This document shows positions 1 through 9,619 of a DNA stretch of 64,000 bases, one piece after another. The stretch comes from Phormidesmis sp. (GTDB lineage: Bacteria; Cyanobacteriota; Cyanobacteriia; Leptolyngbyales; Leptolyngbyaceae): positions 1,568,001 to 1,632,000 of the forward strand of contig CBDFJR010000002.1 of assembly GCA_965248535.1 (NCBI GenBank), written 5' to 3'. Positions within the stretch are counted from its first letter, which is position 1. Each line of letters starts with the position of its first letter. Below the pieces are notes generated by a model. The model was not told the DNA's origin, did not search any database, and worked only from the letters and a program-made list of their open reading frames with translations. A program made the position numbers and the translations under genes.

Positions 1-1167
1 AGAGCCAGTGACGAAGTTTTGCAAATCCGTCACGGTGTGATCCACGAGTCGCACAAATTTAGGCGCAACGTCTTTTTTAGATTGAATGTAATCATCACTC
101 ATGCCCGGAGACATATAGCCCAAAGGCAACGGTTTTGCTGCCCATTTTTGTTGAGCTTCAGCATCAGGAACCGTCAACGATATAACGGTTTTAGCACTGT
201 ATTGATCAGCTAATTTGACCAATTCGTTTTGCAGTTTCACGTCGTTGATTTCTTGATCACCTCGAATATTGATCAACACTAAAACGGTGATGCCGCTATC
301 ATAAACAGCCTGATATAAAACATTTTTAACCAGTTGAGTCGGAGAGCATTTTAAGAACGTGCAAAGCTTCTCGATCGTCTCCGTTCCCGGCGTTTCTCGC
401 TTTTCGTAAGTTGTGAAAGGTGACGGCTCAGCATCGGGCGGCAGAGAGACGGCTTTTTCGACGTTGGCGGCATAATTTCCATCATCGGTATAGAGAACTT
501 CGTCTTCACCCGCGTCTGCCAGCACCATAAACTCTTGCGAACCCGATCCCCCGATCGCGCCCGAATCGGCATCGACTGCCCGAAACTTTAGCCCACATCG
601 TCTGAGAATATTGTGATAAGCCTGACTCATTTTCTCGTAAGACACCTTCATTCCCGCTTCATCAGCGTCAAAGGAATAAGCATCTTTCATGATGAATTCT
701 CGACCGCGCATCAAGCCAAACCGAGGACGAATCTCATCGCGAAACTTGGTTTGAATTTGATAGAGATTTTGGGGCAACTGACGATAAGAGCGAATCATGT
801 CACGAGCGATCGCCGTAATCACTTCTTCGTGAGTCGGGCCTAACCCCACTTCGCGCTGTTGGCGATCGACCAACGCAAACATAATCCCTTCGGCTTTGGT
901 GTAGGTGTCCCAGCGTCCCGATTCACGCCAGAGTTCGGCGGGCTGAAGCTGGGGCAGCAGACATTCTTGTGCGCCCGCCGCATTCATTTCTTCGCGGACG
1001 ATCTGGGAGACTTTTTGCAACACGCGCCACATCAGAGGCAGATAAGCATAGATGCCACTGCCGACTCGACGAATATAGCCAGCCCTCAGCAACAGCTTGT
1101 GACTGGGAATTTCTGCCTCCGCAGGATCTTCCCGCAGAGTGACAAATAGCATCTGAGATAGCCGCAT
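1..1167 (-). CDS. proS: Prolyl-tRNA synthetase, 5' part; 3' end lies outside the window (not in ORF track)
   Basis: Manual translation from ATG at 1167 gives [34 protein letters not shown], and later [36 protein letters not shown] (class II motif 2 of ProRS). Confidence 0.97.
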   Translation of the reverse strand, partial: MRLSQMLFVTLREDPAEAEIPSHKLLLRAGYIRRVGSGIYAYLPLMWRVLQKVSQIVREEMNAAGAQECLLPQLQPAELWRESGRWDTYTKAEGIMFALVDRQQREVGLGPTHEEVITAIARDMIRSYRQLPQNLYQIQTKFRDEIRPRFGLMRGREFIMKDAYSFDADEAGMKVSYEKMSQAYHNILRRCGLKFRAVDADSGAIGGSGSQEFMVLADAGEDEVLYTDDGNYAANVEKAVSLPPDAEPSPFTTYEKRETPGTETIEKLCTFLKCSPTQLVKNVLYQAVYDSGITVLVLINIRGDQEINDVKLQNELVKLADQYSAKTVISLTVPDAEAQQKWAAKPLPLGYMSPGMSDDYIQSKKDVAPKFVRLVDHTVTDLQNFVTGS

Positions 1168-1571
1168 CGTCTCTTCCTTTCGCGAATTCACACTTCAGTC
1201 TACGGCATCTGCCAGAGCTTAGGGTGCCTGCTGTTAGAAATTAGAAAATCTCTATCGAAGTTGTCCCGATCTAACCTATCTCATTTTATTTACAGGAGCC
1301 AAGCATTTACATTGCATAAATGTTGGGTCTGAGACGTGACAAATGTAACGCGGAAAGCATGACCTTTATGCGAGGTCGCGCATCATCCCTTTGAATTAAA
1401 TTGAACTCATCAAACGAAACGAGAAATCAAATTGATTATCGTCAAATACCCATCGGACTTTCTATCAAAAGCCGTCGAAATAGAAGGTTAATCTTTGCAT
1501 AATTCACCTAGATGAGACGTGAAAGCAAACAAGTCCGCTTCACAACGTTGAACTATCCAACAAATTCCACA

Positions 1572-1730
1572 ATGAACACTTTAACGATCGTCCACACCGT
1601 ACTAAAGACCCAACAATCAGACTCTGCAACTCACTCTTCTCAATCACGAGGGTTGGTTGCAAAATGGTTCACTATCGATGGCAAGTTAGTCTGCCAATGG
1701 TTTCCAGCTAAAAGCAAAGAGAACTTTTAA
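1572..1730 (+). CDS. Small hypothetical protein, 52 aa (LVAKWFTIDGKLVCQW motif)
   Basis: ATG at 1572 inside ORF 1512..1730; the Trp-containing C-terminal motif resembles small cyanobacterial hypothetical proteins (recalled, not searched). Confidence 0.55.
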   Translation: MNTLTIVHTVLKTQQSDSATHSSQSRGLVAKWFTIDGKLVCQWFPAKSKENF

Positions 1731-2101
1731 CTGAACTGACTCACTAACCCAATCAATCATTCAGGCCCATTGCCTAAATTTCATCTCTTAAAACTAATTT
1801 CTTAATCGGGTGCATAAAGAGATGGAATTTCATCACGATCGTAACGCCAATTTACAGCAGTATGTCTACGATTAATCGAAATAGTGCTGCTATTGATGAT
1901 GACATTTAGGGTGTTTGAGATTGAGTGTTAGTCACGTTTCAAATCTACCGCTCTGACTAACACTGATCAGTTGGCTAAACTTTGTGGCTTGAGATTGTTC
2001 TTTATAAAAATAACGAATTGATCTCGTTTAGTCCATCTGATAGTTCTTAGCAAATTTACTATCTTTCGGATTGTTTATCAAAGGTTTCCTAAGGAGAACG
2101 T

Positions 2102-3322
2102 ATGTCGAAACTTGAACTTCAGGTATGGGTATCACGGACATTTCCAAAAAGTTGGACTCATGTGATTGCAGGGTCGTTTGCTGACCCACAGCGCGATAGC
2201 CAGGGGGCAACTGATCTGTTTTGCTACGATCGCAACGCTGGAATTGGAGCGTTTTTTGCCACCGTCAAAAATGGTCGATTAACCGATGGAACCCTCGTGC
2301 AAGATGGGCCCTATCAAGTCGGCGGAAATCACACATTTGACAGGCGATGGACTCACATCGTGAACGGTTCGTTTACGCCTCCTTATCCTGGGGGCGTGCA
2401 GTTTCTCTTTTATGATGCTGCCTCTGGTGTGGGCGAATTTTATGCCACAGATGGACGGGGTAATTTAACCCTCAAAAAACAGCACACGGGCTGGCGCACC
2501 TCGTGGACTCAAATCATTGCGGGGCGATTTGGCAAAGCCAACCTGCTTTTCTACGATGCGGCAGGCCACACGGGTGAGTTCTATTCTGTAGACGCTTCGG
2601 GAAACATCCATCTAGTCCGATCGGTCACGAATTGGCGCAACAGTTGGCACTCAATCACGGTGGGCAACTTCAGCAGCAGCCAATACGACGATTTGCTTTT
2701 CTACGATAAAGGGGCAGGGACTGGTGAGTTTTATAAGTTTGACGGTAATAGTGGAATGACGCTGTTTAGCGAACACGACAACTGGCGAAATACTTGGCAG
2801 CAGATTGTTCCTGGACAGTTTTCAATAGACAACGCAACCTATAGTGGGCTGCTGTTCTATGAAGAAGGGACTGGCTACACTGAGTTCTATTCAACCGATG
2901 GTCGAGGCAACGTCAGTCAGATTGATGTCAACCCTGGAGACTTGTGGAAGCTCCCGTGGCAAGCAATTGTTTCGGGGACTCTTACCCCAAACTTTGGGCT
3001 GGTCAGCACATCTAGCCTGTGTGGTTACGATGCGCGAGACGGTGCGATTCGCTACTTCTATTTTAACCCTGCGACGATCAAAACGGTGATCGATCTGAAT
3101 GGCAAATGGACAGATGGGAGCACTCGAAATGCAGTGATTTCAGCAGCGTTTACATCTCTCACGATCGATATGTCTGCTTATCATCGTCCTGCTGCCCACG
3201 GGTCTATTGTGGATGCCGCTACGATTACGGTAACGTTTCCAGACAATGCGACTTATACGGGGACACTTCAACCTCCCAACACCCTTCGATGGTCAAATGG
3301 TTCGGCTTGGACGAAGGTTTGA
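2102..3322 (+). CDS. Beta-propeller repeat protein (FG-GAP/VCBS-like, 6 repeats) with a small C-terminal beta domain
   Basis: Repeats of W-x2-I-x2-G-x-F...LLFYD-x3-G-x-GEFY...W; AAGGAG Shine-Dalgarno upstream of ATG. Confidence 0.75.
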   Translation: MSKLELQVWVSRTFPKSWTHVIAGSFADPQRDSQGATDLFCYDRNAGIGAFFATVKNGRLTDGTLVQDGPYQVGGNHTFDRRWTHIVNGSFTPPYPGGVQFLFYDAASGVGEFYATDGRGNLTLKKQHTGWRTSWTQIIAGRFGKANLLFYDAAGHTGEFYSVDASGNIHLVRSVTNWRNSWHSITVGNFSSSQYDDLLFYDKGAGTGEFYKFDGNSGMTLFSEHDNWRNTWQQIVPGQFSIDNATYSGLLFYEEGTGYTEFYSTDGRGNVSQIDVNPGDLWKLPWQAIVSGTLTPNFGLVSTSSLCGYDARDGAIRYFYFNPATIKTVIDLNGKWTDGSTRNAVISAAFTSLTIDMSAYHRPAAHGSIVDAATITVTFPDNATYTGTLQPPNTLRWSNGSAWTKV

Positions 3323-3378
3323 AATCCAGTTTTGAAAAAGACTGAGTGACTCTTAGCCCACATTCCTCGAAGAACAGT

Positions 3379-3429
3379 AGCGTGAATTTTGCGGCTCTAG
3401 CCATTCTGCAAAATTCACGCTTTGTTTTT
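3379..3429 (+). terminator. Intrinsic terminator between convergent genes
   Basis: Perfect inverted repeat gcgtgaattttgc/gcaaaattcacgc followed by tttgttttt. Confidence 0.65.
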
Positions 3430-3467
3430 GAGTTCACCTTGAGAAGTCAACCAAGGCACCCTCTCCG

Positions 3468-4985
3468 CTACGATCGTCGCGGTCGTCCTAATGTGGTGAT
3501 ATACAACACGGCCTCATCGGCGGGGATGCCCAACACCTCATTGACCTGATCATCAAAGAACCCAGCGATGCCGCTCACGCCCAAGCCGAGATGAATGGCG
3601 GCGAGGTTGAGGCGCTGACCCAAATGTCCGGCATCTAAATGGAGATAGCGATAAGCCCGATCGCCGTATCGCTCGATCGCTGCTTTCAGATCCGCCGTGT
3701 GAAACAAAACCGCGCCCGCATCGCGTCCCAAGTCTTGACCCAAGCAGAGATAGTGCAACTCTCGTCGAAAATTCTTAAAGCGAATTTGCCGCAACTCTTG
3801 CGCTTTTGGCGCGTAGTAATAGCAGCCTTCTTCAAGCCCGGTGACTGATGAAACGGCAATAAAAGTCTCGACTAGACTCAGATCAAAATAGTCGGGAGAG
3901 CCGTCTAAATCTTGCTCAACATAGTGCTGAGGTTGATAGGTAAAATCTAGCAGCGCCTTTAGCTCATCTAGAGTGAGCGCGTCACCGCTATAGGCGCGGG
4001 TCGATCGCCGCCGCAAAATTGTTTGCTCAAGATCTTCTGATTGATCGCCCCACCCGATCGCAGCCACAGCAGTGGGCATCTTGAGACAGAACGGGAAATT
4101 ATATTTGTCTTGCTCCTCTGGGAGGGACGGCTGCCAACTCACTTTGGCAGTAGAACTAGGCAAAATCTGGGTCATCTGATGAAAATAAGCCAGCAGCGAT
4201 CCGTCTTCAAGATCGGGGTAGTCACGCTGAGTGCCAGAAGGGAGGGCAGTTTGGGTGAGCGGTAGATTTTGACTGACTTCTCGAACATCGGCTAGGGGCA
4301 TCACGGCGATCGTGCCTTCTTGCTGAGAGTCTAAATAAAGCAGTTGATTCATCGCTTCATCAGCAAAGCCACCGATCAGGTGAGGCCGAAAATCATTGAG
4401 AGAACTGGCAAGCTCTAGGTTTCCGAGCAGATGCCCCGTGTCGAGAAAAATTCGGCGGTAGGCTCGATCTTCATAGCGCCAAAACGATCGATAAAAAACG
4501 GCTGAGATGACGATCGCCAACTGCGTCCCTTCTAAAACCGGGTTCCAAAAACACGCCGATTGCAGCGATGTCCAAACCTCGCTTTCCCAAAATTGCAGCA
4601 GCGAGTGAGTTTTCGCCTGGTAGTTATAAAGTCCGGCGGGCAAGAAGGGTGTGCCGCGAGAAATCAAGTAGATCTCAGCCGGATAAAGCCCCCCAGCCGA
4701 AGGCGCAGCCCTGACATAGTGAGGCTCACCATCAGTGGGAATCATGCCCGTCAGCCCATAGCTGCAAAACAGCAGTTTGGATAACCGTTGCCACCAGTCT
4801 TGGGTTAAATCTTGGGGCGAGTGGTTGAGATAGGGCTTGAGATCAAACGAGAGGCCAATTTTATAGTCTTTAAAGGGAACGGGCTGCTGACTCCAGTTGA
4901 GAGACTTGCTCTTGGCGTGAATCGTCTCTGGGTCGTATTTGGTGCGCTCGTGGTAGTGATGGGCGATCGACATCAGATCAGGCAT
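3468..4985 (-). CDS. SagB/ThcOx-family nitroreductase-fold dehydrogenase with tandem domains
   Basis: YHERTK, RAAPSAGGLYP, RRSTRAY, RYGDRAYRYLHLDAGHLGQ motifs. Confidence 0.85.
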   Translation of the reverse strand: MPDLMSIAHHYHERTKYDPETIHAKSKSLNWSQQPVPFKDYKIGLSFDLKPYLNHSPQDLTQDWWQRLSKLLFCSYGLTGMIPTDGEPHYVRAAPSAGGLYPAEIYLISRGTPFLPAGLYNYQAKTHSLLQFWESEVWTSLQSACFWNPVLEGTQLAIVISAVFYRSFWRYEDRAYRRIFLDTGHLLGNLELASSLNDFRPHLIGGFADEAMNQLLYLDSQQEGTIAVMPLADVREVSQNLPLTQTALPSGTQRDYPDLEDGSLLAYFHQMTQILPSSTAKVSWQPSLPEEQDKYNFPFCLKMPTAVAAIGWGDQSEDLEQTILRRRSTRAYSGDALTLDELKALLDFTYQPQHYVEQDLDGSPDYFDLSLVETFIAVSSVTGLEEGCYYYAPKAQELRQIRFKNFRRELHYLCLGQDLGRDAGAVLFHTADLKAAIERYGDRAYRYLHLDAGHLGQRLNLAAIHLGLGVSGIAGFFDDQVNEVLGIPADEAVLYITTLGRPRRS

Positions 4986-5077
4986 AGGAGTCGAGTCAAG
5001 TAGGCTGTGCCTTTGATCTTGACATGGGTTTGAGCGAATTGAACGAGAACCTCGATCGCCCTGAAAGCATTCTGGAT

Positions 5078-5593
5078 TTAGTCCAGCGAGATGAAGGTTT
5101 GCAGAGTCCAGCGGCCGTTATTGGCGGCAAAAATGGCGCGATGGGGGGGAACTTGAGCGGACGTTTCGGCGGGTTGCTGAGGAAGGATCGCGCACCCAAA
5201 GACGACTCCTTTGGGCGAAATCTGCGACCCGACTGAATTTGCTGAATTGGGGCATTCTGACGCGATCGTGGTTTCTAGCTGCAACCAGAAGGGCGACTGA
5301 GGGTTATCGGGGTTGAGGTAATTAATCGATCGATGGTCGCCAAACCCAAAGTTAGTTTTAGCGGTGACGATCGTGCGAATAAATTTAGCATCTCGATCGT
5401 GCACCGCTTGCTGAACTTGTCGAAAAAATGGCCCAAACGCTAGAGCGTCTGTGGATTGACTCCTACGATCGGGGGGTGGTTGAGCAATGCTGTTTGATGG
5501 CACCACAGGCTCAGAGTGTGCGACTTCTGCCCGCACGAAACTTGCCGCCGTCATGATCACAGCCCCAGTCATCAGCAATACTCGATAATTCAT
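5078..5593 (-). CDS. Hypothetical exported protein
   Basis: 171 aa ORF with an N-terminal signal-peptide-like segment, co-oriented between the Omp85 and SagB genes. Confidence 0.65.
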   Translation of the reverse strand: MNYRVLLMTGAVIMTAASFVRAEVAHSEPVVPSNSIAQPPPDRRSQSTDALAFGPFFRQVQQAVHDRDAKFIRTIVTAKTNFGFGDHRSINYLNPDNPQSPFWLQLETTIASECPNSANSVGSQISPKGVVFGCAILPQQPAETSAQVPPHRAIFAANNGRWTLQTFISLD

Positions 5594-5678
5594 AATTTAT
5601 CTCTGCCCGCGCAACAGAAGAGCAGAGTCATCCTCATGAGTCCAAATTCACTCCCTGAGATCAGCATTCCGGATCGGT

Positions 5679-7856
5679 CTAAAACTTCTGCCCAAAGCCA
5701 AACTGCACTCGGCTATCCCCCTGATCGTTTAACCCAAAATCAGCGCGAATAATTCCCAACGGTGATTTGAGGCGCACCCCTGCCCCGATGCCAAACCCCG
5801 ATCCGGGTCTACCGCGCTCAAGGCCGGGTTGCCCCAAGACCGATCGGCTTGACCCTAAATCAGAGGCAAAATCGGCAAACACCGCGCCCCCAATAATGCT
5901 GTAGATCGGAAAGCGATATTCTGCCGATGCCAAAACATAGCTGCGAGCAATGCCGACATCGCCCGCATCATAGCCCCTGACTGAGTTTGGCCCGCCGAGC
6001 GAATAGGCATTATAGGGCGGCAGATCGCCGATCGTGGTGCCACCCTGAATATTCAACGCCACCGTTTCTGGCTGATTTTTAGTTTGCAGCGTGTGGAGAA
6101 TATTGACGGGCACATACTGCGTATAGGTTGCCTGAAGGCGGTTAGCGAGAATGCTGCCGCTGCCGATCGGCAAAAACTGCTCGGTGCTCAAACTCAACAG
6201 AGAGCCATTGGTCGGATCGATCGGGTTATCGCGCTGGTCACGCACGGCATTAAAATTCAACGACACCAGATCATCAATGCCCGTGCCGCTAAACGAAAGC
6301 GGATTGCCGTTACGATCGCGCCGAGTCACATTTCCACTCGCATCTCGCAGGCTGACGCGGTTATAGTTCAAACCCAGTGACCCATCCCAGTTTTGATCAA
6401 TCGGACGGTTGACCGCAACGCCGCCCCCAAATCGACCTTCTCGTACACGATCGCCGTTGGTCAATTTAACATTGTCATCAAAGACGCGAGACAGCCCTCT
6501 GCGACGGAAAGCGTTGACGCTATAGCCGAGCTTGTCGGGTTCGCTGGGGCGATAGGGGTTGACAAACCGCCCGTCAAACTGCACGTCTTTGGTGCCGACT
6601 AAAACATTGGTGCTGAGTTGTTGCCCAATGCCTGCCACGTTGCGGTCTTGATAGTTGACTCCGCCATAGAGACCCAAATCGGTGTTGTAGCCGCCCGTTG
6701 CGTTGACAGCACGAGCGCGGGCTTCGGTGAGGTTATAGACGACGATCGTGCGTTTTGCGTCGCCTTCTAAACTGACACGAGCGTTGGTAAACAGCCCGGT
6801 TTGAATCAGTTTTTGCAAGTCTTGGCGAGCAAGATTTTCTTTAAAAACCTGTCCTGGTTTGAGTTGCACCTGCTGCCTGATATAGCTTTCTTGAGTGCGT
6901 CCGCGAATCGGTTCACCTTTTTCGTTAACGAGTTTGCCTTGTTCGTCAGTGAATCGAATCTGCACATCCCCGATCGCGCCTTCGGCCACTTCGATCGTCA
7001 AGATTCCGTCTCGACTTGGCTGCAAGGCGACGACTCGCGCCAAATTATAGTTATTTTGGGCATACCACTGGTTGATTTGCCGCACGCCTTGATTGAGCGC
7101 CGAAGGACGGGCGATCGTGCCAATTTGGGAGCGAAAAATCTCATTGGCAACGGTGGGCGTGAGGGCTTGAGCATTGACCAATTGCACCGATCGCACGACG
7201 ATCGGCTGGACTTGAAACGTGACACTCAGCCCGTTGGCATTTTCGCGACTGTTGACGCTAGCCGTGCTGAACAATCCGGTTTCTAAAATGGCGGCGACAT
7301 CGGCTTGAAGCTGGCTGCGGCTGGTGCCACCACCGGGTCGAGTGCTGATGCTGCCGCGAACAATCTGCTGTAGCTCGGTGTCTGCCCCGACAACTTGCAC
7401 GTCGGTTGCCGTCACGACTAAATCAGAGGGCAGCGATCGGGGTGGATTGGCGATCGGAGTCGAAGTCGGCGGGCTGACGGTCGGAGTCAAATTTTGAGGA
7501 ATGATCCAGGTTGGCTGATTGATCGAGGTGGGTGGCGTGGGCTTGACTGAAGCTGTGGGCGTGGCGATCGCTGGAGCCGCTGATTCTAGACTTGATTGAT
7601 AGTCTTGATAATATTGAGCGTTTGCTTGGGCCACCCGAACGGATGCTTTTAAAGGCTTTGAAAATGCTCGGAACCCGATCGCTTCAGGAGGAGCCACTTT
7701 AACAGGGGGCGCAGGCACGATCGCCTCAGCCGAAACCACAACATTGGCGGGGTTCTCGATCGCATGCGTGTTGAGAGCAACCGCTTTTGCGTTTTGGCAG
7801 ACATCCCACGCTGAGAGTGCCGCGAGGGTGCAGATTGTGACGGTCGAGAGGCGCAT
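5679..7856 (-). CDS. BamA/Omp85 (TamA-like) outer membrane protein with POTRA domains
   Basis: Signal peptide, Pro/Thr-rich linker, POTRA-like segments, LGGPNSVRGY motif, C-terminal FGFGQKF. Confidence 0.9.
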   Translation of the reverse strand: MRLSTVTICTLAALSAWDVCQNAKAVALNTHAIENPANVVVSAEAIVPAPPVKVAPPEAIGFRAFSKPLKASVRVAQANAQYYQDYQSSLESAAPAIATPTASVKPTPPTSINQPTWIIPQNLTPTVSPPTSTPIANPPRSLPSDLVVTATDVQVVGADTELQQIVRGSISTRPGGGTSRSQLQADVAAILETGLFSTASVNSRENANGLSVTFQVQPIVVRSVQLVNAQALTPTVANEIFRSQIGTIARPSALNQGVRQINQWYAQNNYNLARVVALQPSRDGILTIEVAEGAIGDVQIRFTDEQGKLVNEKGEPIRGRTQESYIRQQVQLKPGQVFKENLARQDLQKLIQTGLFTNARVSLEGDAKRTIVVYNLTEARARAVNATGGYNTDLGLYGGVNYQDRNVAGIGQQLSTNVLVGTKDVQFDGRFVNPYRPSEPDKLGYSVNAFRRRGLSRVFDDNVKLTNGDRVREGRFGGGVAVNRPIDQNWDGSLGLNYNRVSLRDASGNVTRRDRNGNPLSFSGTGIDDLVSLNFNAVRDQRDNPIDPTNGSLLSLSTEQFLPIGSGSILANRLQATYTQYVPVNILHTLQTKNQPETVALNIQGGTTIGDLPPYNAYSLGGPNSVRGYDAGDVGIARSYVLASAEYRFPIYSIIGGAVFADFASDLGSSRSVLGQPGLERGRPGSGFGIGAGVRLKSPLGIIRADFGLNDQGDSRVQFGFGQKF

Positions 7857-7938
7857 AAGGCGAGATCAGGGAGGGTGAGATATTTATAGTCTGAAACGAG
7901 AGATTTGGCTGGTTTAGTTTGATGAGTTGACCCCTCCC

Positions 7939-8114
7939 AAAAACTCGGAGGTTTAGCCACTTCTCAAGTCTGTTAAAAACTCGGAAGCCACTTCTGTTTA
8001 AAAACTCGGAGGTTTAGCCACTTCTATAAGTTGATGCCGAATTCCTGCTTAAACCTCCGAGTTTTGCGTAAGGTTTGATGCCGAATTCTTGCTTAAACCT
8101 CCGAGTTTTGCGTA
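7939..8114. repeat. Composite array: 3 direct copies of AAAAACTCGGAGGTTTAGCCACTTCT, then 2 direct 40-bp copies carrying its reverse complement
   Basis: Unit A at 7939-7964, 7975-7995 (internal deletion) and 8000-8025; unit B at 8031-8070 and 8075-8114 (1 mismatch); B contains TAAACCTCCGAGTTTT. Confidence 0.9.
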
Positions 8115-8195
8115 GTGTAAACAATGAAGAGTGATCCGCTTTTAGAGTTCCCTTAAAAGTGGCTCGTGTTGTTGAATTCTTTCTTAATCGCCCCT

Positions 8196-8969
8196 ATGAA
8201 TGTCTCTCTCAAATCGTTAGGTGTTGCCCCCAATGCCTGGGCTGTGGATGCAGACACCGCCGATATTTGTCGATCGCCCCTAGCGCCCAACCCGATCACG
8301 ATCGCGACAGACACTAAGACACTGCACCTAGATTTAGCTAAAGCTGCAATCTTAGTCATCGATATGCAAAACGATTTTTGTCATGCTGATGGCTGGCTGG
8401 CGCATATTGGAGTCGATGTCAGTCCTGCGAGAAGCCCGATCGGTCCTCTGCAAAGATTGTTGCCGGGGCTGCGAGGTCAGCAGGTGCCTGTGATTTGGGT
8501 CAACTGGGGCAATCGTCCTGATTTGCTCAACATTAGTGCAGCGACTCGCCATGTTTATAACCCAACAGGAGCGGGCATTGGCTTGGGCGACCCCTTGCCA
8601 CGCAATCAAGCGCCTGTGTTAATGGCAGGCAGTTGGGCGGCGGCGGTGGTGGATGAGCTAACCCAAGCCCCCGAAGATGTCTGCGTTGATAAATATCGAA
8701 TGAGTGGCTTTTGGGACACGCCACTGGATAGCATTTTGCGTAATTTGGGCAAGACAACGCTGTTTTTTGCAGGCGTGAATGCCGATCAGTGCGTTATGGC
8801 AACCCTCCAAGATGCGAACTTTTTAGGCTATGACTGCTGTTTGATTAAAGACTGCACGGCTACGACTTCTCCTGATTTTTGTTGGCAAGCGACGCTCTAT
8901 AACGTGAATCAATGCTTTGGGTTTGTGACGGAATCTGAGCAACTTTTAACGGCGATCGCAAAGCGTTAA
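8196..8969 (+). CDS. Cysteine hydrolase (isochorismatase family amidase)
   Basis: LVIDMQNDF (Asp), DKYRMSGF (Lys) and GVNADQCV (Cys) triad; ATG 8196 preferred over 8166. Confidence 0.88.
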   Translation: MNVSLKSLGVAPNAWAVDADTADICRSPLAPNPITIATDTKTLHLDLAKAAILVIDMQNDFCHADGWLAHIGVDVSPARSPIGPLQRLLPGLRGQQVPVIWVNWGNRPDLLNISAATRHVYNPTGAGIGLGDPLPRNQAPVLMAGSWAAAVVDELTQAPEDVCVDKYRMSGFWDTPLDSILRNLGKTTLFFAGVNADQCVMATLQDANFLGYDCCLIKDCTATTSPDFCWQATLYNVNQCFGFVTESEQLLTAIAKR

Positions 8970-9157
8970 ATTCCTCTAGCATCTTGATCGATTCCTAAGC
9001 AACCGTCGGGGAAATCAGGGGAATATTTTTTGGCGATCGCGTCCTAAAATCAAGCGTTTAACGCTTCACAGTCGAGCCGTTTGTATCAGAACTAGCAAAT
9101 CAGTTAGACATAAAAGGCTGAAATCGGACTATTCACTGCACTGATGAGGACACGCTC

Positions 9158-9619
9158 ATGCTCGATGACAGTTGTGTAATTGCCGTTGTTAAATCTCCGC
9201 AAGATTATCAAGCTTATCGGATCAGCCCTCACGACTCAAATCGGTTGGCGATCGTGTTTGACCCGGCGATCGCTAATTTCTCAATGACCTTCTGCGTTGA
9301 GATTTTTGATATTGGAGGAAAAACGCCGCCCAATCGTCATCAAATGGCGATCGAGATGTTTTTTATCCTCAGAGGTCAAGGCATCGCGATCTGTGACGGC
9401 AAGGAAGTGCCGATTCAGACGGGTGACAGTTTGCTGGTGCCGCCAACGGGCATTCATGAAGTGAGAAACACGGGGGCCGAACGACTCTATGCCCTGTGTT
9501 TTATGGTGCCTAACGAAGACTTTGCCGAATTGATTCGCAGTGGGGTGCGAGTGGAGCTAGACGACGAAGATCTGGCGGTTTTGCGACGCACTCCGGTGCC
9601 CAAGTTGTCTCATGTTTAA
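9158..9619 (+). CDS. Cupin domain protein
   Basis: PPNRHQMAIEMFFILRGQG and GDSLLVPPTGIHEVRNTG cupin motifs. Confidence 0.85.
   Translation: MLDDSCVIAVVKSPQDYQAYRISPHDSNRLAIVFDPAIANFSMTFCVEIFDIGGKTPPNRHQMAIEMFFILRGQGIAICDGKEVPIQTGDSLLVPPTGIHEVRNTGAERLYALCFMVPNEDFAELIRSGVRVELDDEDLAVLRRTPVPKLSHV

Noticed and set aside
19..1149. ORF-track calls 19..213, 351..572, 613..843 and 859..1149
   Set aside because: Shadow ORFs overlapping proS.
1572..4985. RiPP cluster (small ORF as precursor plus SagB oxidase)
   Set aside because: No YcaO, protease or transporter; the genes are on opposite strands and the peptide lacks a Cys/Ser/Thr-rich core.
7939..8114. CRISPR array
   Set aside because: Gaps between units are only about 4-10 bp, units switch orientation, and there are no cas genes.
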